From Ptychomitrium polyphyllum (taxonomy: Eukaryota), in contig OZ316775.1 in the NCBI GenBank assembly GCA_973851085.1, positions 2,294,001 to 2,358,000 of the forward strand: 64,000 bases of DNA. The letters are read 5' to 3'. Position numbers and translations under genes: made by a program. The notes below the pieces were generated by a model. It was not told the DNA's origin. It made no database searches and saw only the letters and a list, made by a program, of their open reading frames with translations. Below are positions 40,666-52,300 of this stretch, in pieces. How positions within the stretch are numbered: position 1 is the first letter of the stretch; each line of letters begins with the position of its first letter.

Positions 40666-42409
40666 TCCAGTATGTCCAAGTGATGAACGAGGTTCACACG
40701 TGTTCCAAGTTGTGGATGGAATGGCGCTCAAGATCATCAACACACTTCTTTCGACCGAAATTATAGTGGAATTTTCTCGAGGTCCTTCACCTTTGACCTC
40801 ATTCAATCTCATGTGCACTATATATGATGCACAAATGACGAAACTATGTCATCCTCTCATATCTAAGAGCAGTTGGATCGGACAGCTCAGCAACAAGCAT
40901 TTTAGAGTTACACTGTACGCTTGTGCTTTCAGCGCAGGAATCTCTGGAGCCTGGCCAACCTCAATATTTAGGGGGTTTGAAACTAGCTAAATTTGTTTTG
41001 AAGTCGGCTGTTGAAGCTTCATATTTAACACCTCATTTTCACGGGGTTAGGCTGCCGAATGTGATGTATATCAGAAATGGAACAAGAGTTGAATTGTCTC
41101 GTAGCTTTTGTGAGCATTCACCATTATAGCTATCGTACACCATTGTTTATTTTTCGATTGTGGGATCATTGTAGATGAGCACTGTAAATTGAGATGCAGG
41201 AGGTTGGGATCCAAAAGTTATGATATTCTTCACTAAACGTATTCATCTCGGTTTCAGTGCCTGGATATGCACTTAGTAGAAATCATCTTCGGCTCTTTAT
41301 ATCTCACGTACTCAAAGTAACAGCTTTACTTTTAACAGCTGGATTCCTTAGAAGGGGTTTGACTATTTACACCCTGCAGTCTGAAAAAGATCCTGTCTTT
41401 AGAATGATGCAGATTCATACTCCATTCTTGCTGAACAGCATGATGACTTTGTGTGTATTATTTATGGTATACCTTTTGTGTACAGGGCCATTGTTGTAAA
41501 CCCGTCATGATTCCATCTATCCACTTGAATGGAAGCGATTGCATTCTCTAGCTATCATCCACATCTCATCATACCTCTTGCTTTCAGAATATTGTCATCC
41601 AAGTGTTGTACATAATGATACCTTTTCATTCATTTAGAGGTGGTGTTGTCAGGGCTCTTCTGCAACGGAGTCTGACTAGCAGTTAAAAGAGGGCATTTCT
41701 TTCTTCACTAATAAATAAGATCAAATTCACTTCAAAAGTACCCAATCAAGAACGAAGCCGCAGTGATATTGTTATCTCATCTACCTCAAATATCTATCGC
41801 AAATGAAACAGCATTTCATTGCAAAAACAACAGCACAAATTCTCAGTTCACTGTGATACTACAGTATTTTTTTTTTCTTCATGCTCCCTGCGTGGGCCAT
41901 CAACCCATTCTTACGCAAGCCCGGATTGTCGAGAACAAGAATCCTGTTGACTGAGCAAATTTGAAGGGTCCTACAGGCCCTACAAGTAAGCTGATGCTTC
42001 TCAATCTACACTGCACGCATGACACCATAACTTATGGACGAGTGTGTAGCACGGAGTACAGCAGAACCATTGGACTTTCTAAGCTGCTGAAGATTCGTTT
42101 GAAAATGAACGACTGCTATGGACTCATCAGATGGCATACTTTGAGTGTGCATACATTTCCAGCTCTTGTTGTACCATTGTTTTTTGTGTGGGTGGGGAAT
42201 AGGTGGCATGGATAGGTCACATGGTAGAGTGCCAAGGAAGTTTTCTCTTGGATGCTGTCACTTATCCTAGTTGTGGCAAGGATTGAGTGGTGAAGATACA
42301 CACGTGTCCAAGCCTATCTGCCAGGAACATATCACTGTGCTTTGCCTACTGTGTGGTGTGTGGTGAGATTGTCAGGCACAACAACTCAGCTTTGTGGCAC
42401 CTCTATCTG

Positions 42410-43803
42410 TAGGGTGTTCACCACACGGTACAGTATGACATATTTTAGGACATTTCAAAGGCACACAAGGGTTTTTAAAATCTATCTATAACTAAAATAT
42501 GAAAGTATCTTAGTGCCTTGATATACCTTTCAAACTGTGTTTTGATATAGCATTGTAAATTGCGTCCTGAAATCCTTATACATCAAAACACTTTTTAAGG
42601 CGTTCTTTAAGACATTCATTTTGACGTACAACAGTGCCTTAAGAGCTGTCTTGATTGCGACCTTTGTCAAATTTTTAAAAGACTTCTCTAAATTAAATAT
42701 CACAAATATCTAGCTTTCACATTTGTACTAGCATTGTTCCACCATAAGGCCCCATTTGATTCCATGATGATCTTTAAAACTCCAAACCTAATTGCCAATG
42801 GAAGAAAAAGTCAAACTGCAAACCTTCATACTTCTACATGTGAATAGTTGGGAGATTTAATAATTATAGTGGTAAAAGTTCCTTCTTTGTTCTAACATGG
42901 AGCTATAACTCAAAATAAAATGAATTTTTTTTAGAGTGTATTGATTACCTTCCTTGACTAAATTTATTAAGATTTTATTATTTCTTTACTTGACCTTCTT
43001 CTTCATTAAAAACGCTTAAAGACTAAATTGACAAATAAATTGTTAATTATATTGGCAAAAATAAGAATATCTATAATTAACATCTTAAACTTTTGCTTCA
43101 CAAACAAGAGTTTTTAATAATCTATCCTTTGAACTTTGGACTAATGAAAAAAACTAACTAAATTAACAAATAAAATACAAAAATTTAAAAACAGATTTTA
43201 ATAACTTTAGTGGTATTCCTTGTTCCAATTTCAATTGTTTTTGGTCAAATTTGGATTCAAAAAATTAACCATTTCAAATTGACTTTTACATATCTATATA
43301 TGCAATAATCACTTTGTCAATTCAATCCACTACAAAATTAGATTTGACATCAAAAGTACTTCTAGAATACTTGTTCTTTGATTTCATAGTATATTGAAGT
43401 TAAATCTTAGTACATGAAGATCTTCCAAAAAATTTATAGAAACAAAGATTCTAAAGAAAATGTCATAAAATTTCAATTTCAAAATCAATTTGACAGATTT
43501 GCTAAAACAAGGATTGTAGATTATAAGCATTAAAACTTGAACATTTCATATCATCAATATTTTTTGAAATATTTTTAGAAAAATTATTCAAAACACCAAA
43601 TGCAGGATACTCAGTAAGCCGCTTTTGACATCAACGTAATGTCTTAGAATAATCCAAAACAGTAAAAAAAATTTATAATTTCTTAAAAAATGTCTTAAAA
43701 ATGGTGAGGTTTGGAGCTTCACAGTTTAAGACACAGTACTGTCTTGAAAAAACATCTTAAGAAAAAATAATCTGAAACTATGTCCTAAACTAGTCCACCC
43801 CTG
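42410..43803. mobile_element. Possible decayed non-autonomous hAT-like DNA element
   Basis: AT-rich block with ends TAGGGTG... and ...CACCCCTG, inverted TTTAGGACAT/ATGTCCTAAA near each end, and clustered AAGACA/TGTCTT/AAGGCA/TGCCTT subterminal words. No TSD found. Confidence 0.35.
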
Positions 43804-46319
43804 GTTGAGTAGTTGGCTGCAAACTTACTGCAGTTATTGACCTGTCACAAAGCCCTGCTTCCTCTGTGAATCCACAGACAGAGAACCCATAGTTGATAGC
43901 ATGATCATGAACCATGGCCTCCACCAAGATTCCATGGTGTAGAATGTGTCTTCAGCCTGATTGATAGCTCCTATTCTTCCACCACTGAGTGTTTGGTTTC
44001 AGTGCAAAAGATTCTCTCAGTGGCCCTAACACAGTCCCTCCCAAATTCGGAATACCCCAAAGGTGGCCCCGTGGAAGTAACTTTGATTGGCCATAATATT
44101 GTTTGCAGCTCTTCTACTGGTCTTTCAGTCTAGCCTGCTTCTACAGTACATTCCTCAATTGGGTGAGCCATACACGCTACCGTAGGGCAATGCCTGCCTT
44201 TTGGAGTTGCTGGTTGAACATGTCCGCATCAGCTCATTAAAACTGTCAGAAAAAACAGGTGCTTCCCATCTGAGCCAGGGAGATTTCCTGTGGGGACCAT
44301 GGCAGTTGTTTCCTCAGTCACAGGGGTCATGACCAATTTTCCCGCACCCTGTCCACCAAAACCATGTCCACGCCAGTGTAATGTGTACATGAGATACCTT
44401 CTACACGTTCAGGACTGTCTGGAGGATTTGCAGCAGAGCTTGCGGCCCACACTGAGAGCCACTGTGGTGCAAAAGCCAGGGAGAGGACAAGCCATAGTTC
44501 ACAAACTCTTGAACTAGTCAAGATAGGCTCAAGTGTAACTTTGCTTCCCTTCTTGAGACAACTGGGTGAATCTACTGCAACCTGGATGGGAATTTCATCT
44601 CCATGTTCTCAGTCTCTGCAGGGCACATAAAACGGAAGCAATACCTCTGATGCAGTCAGATAATCTCAGTTCAAGTACTTATGCTTAGTGCTCTTGAATT
44701 TGTGGTCCTTTCCAACATACTGTGCATTTTCTAATTCAAAAACATTGTGCACTTCTTGTCTCTTAAGGGATGCAATGTATGTGACTCATATTTGATTTTC
44801 CACTTCCCTAGGCAAGAGTGAGGCCTTGAACTAGCAACAAATGTGCGCTCAATAATCTTTCTCATATATTCATGATGTATAGATTCAAAGCTAAAACTGT
44901 TCTGCATCAATGACTTTCTCTTATCGGTTCACACTACATGGTCAGTTTCTTCATCCAAAAGATGCCAAAGCCTAACGTATGAGGCTACAATATTTGACAT
45001 CATCAATGAATCGCTTCCAGCATCTTAGGATCAAGAAAAGTGATCTACAATTTTCTTGGTATTTCACCTCATAAGGGCCAAATTTAGCATAATTCCAGGC
45101 CTGGAGTGACCCCAAAGTGAACCGACCCCACACCAGGCACACCCGGCGAAACGGCGGGTGCCACTGACGCCGTGGCAATAACCCGGACCCGGGCCCTTGA
45201 TTTGGTTCGGTCAACCCTTCCGGTCTCCCAAAACCGTCACTACACTTAAAACCACTAATATGTGCGAAAAATGAAATCATCAAGTCCGGTAAACCTAAAC
45301 TCCAGTCCGGTAAAACAATCACCGTACTCAAAACCGATATCTTCCATAAGAAGTCCAGATTTTTGTTTCTCTAGTCAACTATAACCTGATTCAATCCCGG
45401 TTTAGGGTGCAGCGAGGGCTTTGGGCAATGGCCTCCCTCATGAGATTCATACTCCAGAACCACTACCATACTTTAAACGCGACACCATCTGCTTCTGACC
45501 TATGCCTCAGTTTCTGAGGTACATGAAACCGTATTCCATCACGGTTAAGAATAGACCACCGGTTTGGGCTAGACCTCCCTTGCCCGTGTTCATACCCTAA
45601 AACCGTTATCATACTCGGAATCCATCAAGTCTCGCGCCTAAGTAGATATCACTTCTTCGATTCTTTGAGTGCGTAAATACTTCCGTCTTTTTGCGATACC
45701 ATCGGATTTGCGCACAGGGCTCTGGCAAGCGATTACTTTCTAGAACCGTTTTGGAACATGAAATGGGTAGATTCTTCAACCATCCTAGATTAAAGAAGAG
45801 GTTTGTGCTGAAAAAGTAGATGTGAGGTGTAGTGGTACAGCGACGGGTTTAGGGTAGCGGGCGTGGCGCAGGAATGGGATCGGTTGGCGCAGCTGCTGTG
45901 AAGGGTGAGGTTGTGTTGTTGGTCATGTGTTGTGGTGCGCGAGTCTTGCATCTTTGCAGCGGAGCCTCAGCAGAGCGGCATCTTGTGCACGCCACCGCCA
46001 CCCCATCGCCATCGCCATCGTCATCCGATCGTCGCCGCCGTCTTCCGCTCGCAATTCGCTCACTGCGCGCGCCGCGCCGTGTGGTCGCAGCTCCGGATTA
46101 TGAGCGTCGGGGAAGCAGAGGTCGGCTGGATACTCTCGAGGGGAGGGCAGAAGAAAAGTGTGGAGTCGCCGTGAGGTTATCGTGAGGTGAGGCGCGAGCC
46201 GGGTGAGTGTGCGGGGGTTGCTTCTGGGTGCGGAGCGAGAGGTGGAGAGGAGTGTTTGGTGATGGTGCGGATGTGTGTATGAGGAGGACGGTAGGGGAGG
46301 AGTTTCGGTGGCGGGTGTG

Positions 46320-49300
46320 ATGGACGGGCATGCGACGTCGAACACTTCGGGGAGTGGCTCCACGGGCGCCAGCAGCGCCACGGGCGGAACGTCCACTAGC
46401 AGTGTCACGTCGTCCGTGTTGGCGACCTCCTCCAGCGATGCCGCTGTTGTGCAAGTAGGTTTTTGGTGTCACATTCGGAGCGCCGGTTTGGATGTGTGGG
46501 AGGCTTGTTTGCGGCGGAATTGATGTAACGGGGATAGGGTTGGAGAATTTGCGGCTTGAGAGAGTGGATCTCGGTTCGTTTTGTGTTGTGTTGCTCGTGT
46601 GGATGTTTTGAGGATTTTAGTTAATCTCCGGCCTTATTTTGTGTTGCAATTCGGTGGCTGCACGGGGTGCGCAATTTGGCCAAGCTTGTATTTGAGTGTG
46701 GGAGTGTTTCTGGTCGTTTTGAGGCATTTGAGGTGCGAGTGAGGAAAGATTGTGAATCTGAGGCTTGTTTGCTACAAGGCAGATAAAGGAATGAAACAGA
46801 ACGAAACCGTATTTGTCATTGATATTAGAAGCCGGATTTGGTAACTAATGCGTTTTAGTAAGTTCTGCAAGGTTCAGTAGGATCGTCGTTTGAGAAATGG
46901 AAATGATTCAGCATTTCTCACAATGTCATCGTGACAGGCCGCCCTAAATGAGGTTACTAGTTTTACTTGATAGTTGGCTACTGATAACGTTCGTTTCCTA
47001 GTTAGGTCAATGGTCGCAGTTAATGGTTGAAAAGCGGCGATGCTCGAAGAAAGTGGAGTGGATATCCCCGGGTTTTGTCCTTTATCTTGTCCTTTCAAGT
47101 CTATTGTGAAATTTGTATCTGTGTCTGCGTGATTTTTGTTTTGGGATAATTCTTTAATGAGATGGCTCGGTGGTTTAGTTAGATCCGTTGGAACGGGAGA
47201 TGTAACGTAGGTTAAAGGTCTTTAGCTTTGGTTGGTGCTGAATGCAGCTAGTCTAGAATGCTGATAATAAAACGCGACTTGCAGAAGTTGATGTTGGACG
47301 TGGTTCGACTGTGTGCTTGCAGAGATTGATAAAGTGCGGATTACCTTCAGAATACCTGGAAAGAGGTAAGAAAGGAGTTGCAGAATATGTGAAAGAACAC
47401 GCAGCGCAACTACCTGCGGTCATCACTGCACTAGTTCCTGGACCAGACGAAGTTCAGGAGGTTTCTTCATCAGGAGTAGATGAAGTTCAAGGACCTGGAA
47501 CACGTAAGGAATTTCAAAACCAATGTAGGGATGCGCTCAAATGGGTACAGTGGGCTATGTTTTTTGGGGAACCGCAGGCGGTCTTGGCAGCTGCGGGACA
47601 GGGAACTGGAAGCACCAGAGGTGTATGTGGAGCAGTTTGGGGTAGCAATGATATCGCTTACAGATGTCGGACCTGCGAACACGACCCTACCTGTGCTATA
47701 TGTGTGCCTTGTTTTCAGAATGGCGACCACGCTAAACATGACTACTCCATGATCCGCACTGGTGGGGGTTGCTGTGACTGCGGAGATGTTACTGCTTGGA
47801 AACAATCAGGATTTTGCTCCAGACATAGTGGTCCTGGACAAGTGGCAGCACTTCCCTCTTCCCTTATTGAAGCAGCTCGTCCAGTTCTAGAAGCACTCTT
47901 ATGTCGATGGGTATGTACACTAAAAGCAGCAGAAGTGGTAGCGGAAAATAAGGCAAAGAAATGGAATGACCAATCCGTGTCTGAGAAGGTCGCATGCCAA
48001 TTATCAGTGGTTTGTATTGAGATGTTGCTGGAATTCTGCAGTTTCGGTGAATCCATGTTGGCCTTTACTGCAGAAATTGTAGGCAATAGAAGCTTGGGAC
48101 TTTTGGACACATTGATGAGCACGGAGTGCTTTTTACCGAAAAGGTGTGTGAACTTCCTGCACGAGCTTTTATACAAGCTTTTAGGGGACACCAACTTCAA
48201 ACACACTTTTGCGCAAACATTCATTTCACATTACCCATACTATTTGCGTGAAGCCATCAAAGAAGATACTGCAAGACCTGTAACTTCTATAAGGAGCAAA
48301 TATCGTGAACATGCCATAGTCAACAGCTTCTCTGTTCAGATTTTCACCGTTCCAACGCTCACACCCAAGTTAGTGATGGAGTCTGGTCTTTTGGACATGC
48401 TACTTGAGACATTAAAAGAGTTCTTCTGTGCTTGTGGGGAGGATGGCCGTATATCGGTATGTCATTGCCCTCTTTTTCTTCAGTTGATCATCGGCTGATA
48501 TTGTTTTCAAAAAATCACGTTTAGAGTAGACTTTAATTGAAGATCCACATTCTCAACATTTTTGTCGAGTCTTTCCGTTTCTTACAAGAGGTGCTGTAGT
48601 ATTGTGTGTTTCCTTTGATATGTGTATGCAACTTTGGCATACCACTTTGATTAGCATCTGCCACGTGCACGTTACTAAACTTCTCGAGTTCTTTTTGCGC
48701 AGGTAAGTAAGGGCCCAGGAAGGAAGCGGCATTATTTCCGTATTATTGAAGATATCAGATACGTCATGACCCACTTGGAAGTGTCACAATATGTTGCACG
48801 GAAACGACCTGAACTCGCAAGAGCTTGGCTGCACTTGCTCGCATTCATTCAAGGCATGTATCCACACAGGCGAATGACGAGTATACATGTGGAAGAAGAA
48901 ACTGAAGATTGGGGCTCAGCATATTCATTAGAGTTTCAAATGGCATATATTCAGCCTCTTTTTGTTGCAGGAGCTGCTGCATCTAGCAACCCAGATGCAC
49001 GCTTTAAAGACGATTTAATGTCTGATTCACAGAGTTTCTACGAGGCAGTTTTGGACAACGTAAACAGTGGCAGCTCTTCTACTAGTATTGTCAATGTGGC
49101 GGATAGTTTGCTAGATCCTAAATCAGGGGCTGGTGGCACAGGCATTGGGTTTGAGGTGGATGTAGACATGTGCGATGTTATACTCGCTTCTGACCCTACT
49201 GATCATATATCAACGGAACCCAATTTACAGCAGAGAGGGAAGAAAGAGAATGGAATGGTATCAATCGCAGGAATCCAAGTGCCAGTTTCTTTGGTGTGGC

Positions 49301-52300
49301 TTATTGATGAGTGTGCTCAAGTACTTGACCATTGGTTGGCTATAGATGCTTCTAGGGAGTCAATGAAATCAGGGCAGTTCGCTGTTGATGCCAGTTCGGT
49401 CCAAGGATATCGAAGGAGTCATAGATGGCGAGGTAGAGGTGGCAGAGGAGTTAGGGACTCTCCAACTCAGACTACTGGTGGGCAAATTCGGGAATGGTTG
49501 AGACGTAGTAGACGAGTTCCTCTTGAGCCTCGAGGGTGGCCAGAAGCTGCACAAGAGCAATCTATTATGGGCACAACTGCTGGAATCGAAGCTGCTGACA
49601 TGGACGTTGAAATGCAGGTGGGATGAGAAGTATTTTTATTCAGTTTTCCTTCCTTGGGTCTTTCACATACTATTCTAGTGCCTCTAATCAAATTTCCAAG
49701 TTGTAACAGTCATTTTTGTTTTGGTATTAGTAAGGTTCACGTTTTTTAATTCTTGGGGGTTATCTGTCTCGTAGGTCCCTCGTGAAGGCTGGGATACGAG
49801 TGCTCCAGAATGGTGGATGGGACCCGAAGCATCGACGTCGCCAACTATTTTGGGCCAACTTGGTGAAGAGATCGAGTGGCCAGCAATGGAGTTCGATGTT
49901 AGTCGGCAGGATGTGTCCTTTCATATCCCATTACATCGTATGCTTGCCTTGTTACTTCACAAAGCACTTGACTTCCATTCAACCAAACAGGAGAAATTTT
50001 CTGGAAAAGATAGAGCTGTATCAAGTGATTGGGAGAGGTCATTCTTGGTAGAGGTTCTACCAAAGAAGTTTCGTGTGCCAGGATTTGCTGCTGTTGTTAT
50101 GGAGCATCCTCTACGTTTGCAAGTTTTGTGTGCACAGGTTCAGGCTGGTATGTGGCGACGCAACGGCCGCACAACCAGTGCATTATGCGATCTCTACCAT
50201 ACTGTGCATTGGTAATTTACTGTTGCTTTTCTGCTCAAAACCGTTTCAAATAACGTGGTTGCACTAACATGTGTATGGTTAGCCCTTGTTCTGCAGTGTT
50301 CTTTTCATATTTCCTACTCCACCTTTACTGGTGTCTGGTATCATCTGGCTCTATCCAATCACGGTAGTGAAAGTGATGTCTGCCATATAATTGATATTAA
50401 ACACACTATCTCTGTGTAATGATATTCTTTATTGTTTATAGTGTTGTTGTCTAAGAATGGGATCAACTCAATCATGACTTGAACCTTCTGCTGTTTGCAG
50501 GTGCGAAGATAGTCTGGAGCTTGACTTGTTCCTGCTGCAATGTTGCTCCGTTATTTCACCTTGTGAACATTTCGTGGAACGAATTCTGGCTCGATTCTCT
50601 CTTTCCGACTTCTTCAACCTTTCACTATGGCATCCTAATGAGTACGACCTGCTCTACCACCGATGCTTCAATTTCATCGATGGAGGAAATAACAGAACAC
50701 GCTCGAACCCTCGAGCTGAATTTTAGCTATTGCTGCAAACCATCTTTAGCTCTTTTTGCTACGAAATTATCCTGCAATGATTATGGAACACAGTTTGGGG
50801 TTCTTTGTTTTCCTTGCTTGTGATGGTCTTCTGTCATGAAGATTGATTTTTAATGCACTGGCTTTCAGATACCAGGTTACTTTGGCACAGGAGCTTCTCA
50901 TTCTTCTGATCAGGCTGGTTTCCGAACGGGGTTTCTGTGGATTGACCGAGAAGGAAGCTCTGCAGCGGGAGTTAGTGCAACGATTAGCTGTTTCGGACGC
51001 TACCCATAGTTATCTATTGAAAGCTCTACCCCCTCGATTACAAGACAGCAAGCATTTACAAGAATGCTTAGACGCAGTTGCAACATATTGCAACCCTTCT
51101 GGAATGCAGCAGGTGGATCCTTTTTTGTGAATTACAGTGTACTGTCTTTGGGTTTTTTTCTTTTTCATGATCTTCGTTTGTGATGTTATTTTTGTGTACA
51201 AAGTGAATTTGACTAGAAGTTTATTCATGTCAGAAATGATTGTCATCCAAGTTTAGTTCGAAAACCTGCTATCTCTCGAGGTGGAAACAAGTTCGTTTGA
51301 GGTGTGTCTAGTTAGTGACTTGTTGGTGATAGACTGTCTTATCTTGAATTAATATTGAGCTCCAAAATGAAGTCAAATCTGGAATTCAATCTTGCAGGTC
51401 GGTGCTTGACAAAAGTAGACTGATGGAAGCGCTTTTGATTCTGCTCTTATTTTTGGATAGTGAAGTCTTGTCCTGCAATAATTACGGCATTAATGTTACT
51501 ATACTGAACATATTGGATGTACTGGAGTTGATCAGTTTTTGTTGTTGTGTGTAAAGGGTAAGTATGTATTGAGGGAAGAATGCTGGCGTGAGCTCGATCT
51601 TTATCATCCACGATGGAGTCCTCGGGAGCTTCAATCAGCAGAGGAACGGTACTTGAGAGTATGCAGAGCACCTGCTGTATTTCTGCAACTACCTCGCTGG
51701 TCGCAGCCATTTGCGGCTTTACAGAATTTGGGACGATTGATTACCACTTCTCAAATTCATGATATGCTGCGTTCTATATTCTTCAATGCAGCCTTTACCG
51801 ATGACCCATCCAGTATGGAATTACTTCTGCATGCTCTTCATCTGCTTGCTCTAGCTTTGGATTTCTGTAAGGCTCAGGGTAAATCAGGAGGTGGCCGTAG
51901 GGTTGACGTTTACTCCTCCGCAAGTCCTTTCTTGGATCTTAATTCGCCCCTGCATGGATTCAACAACTCAGGTGGCAGCAATGTTGAAGACCATCCACCA
52001 CTGCTTATCCGCTGTGTTGAAAGAGTAGCCGTAGGTAGGGTAGATGCCACTATGCTGCCAGAGCCTCAAAGTATGCTATCTTTGTTGGTGTTACTTTTGC
52101 GCAAACGAGTCAGTGATGGAGTAGATGAAGCAGGATCTTATGGTTTTGGGGATCTGATAAAAAAATTGTTACGAAGTTTTGCGGAGTTGGACAGGGGCTG
52201 CATGCATGAGATAGAGTTACTTGCTCCAGATGTTCTTCATCGTGTCTCTGTTGGCACTGGACCGAAGGTTGGTGGAGTTGGAGACATCAATTTCAAAGAC

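Noticed and set aside
43810..45330. GC-balanced stretch that might be a pseudogene
   Set aside because: Partial manual translation and the ORF track gave only short frames with no recognisable family; a homology search would be needed to say more.
45874..46472. Several 90-160 aa ORFs on both strands upstream of PRT6
   Set aside because: GC-rich leader/promoter DNA is poor in stop codons, and there are no recognisable domains. Only the uORF arrangement is reported.
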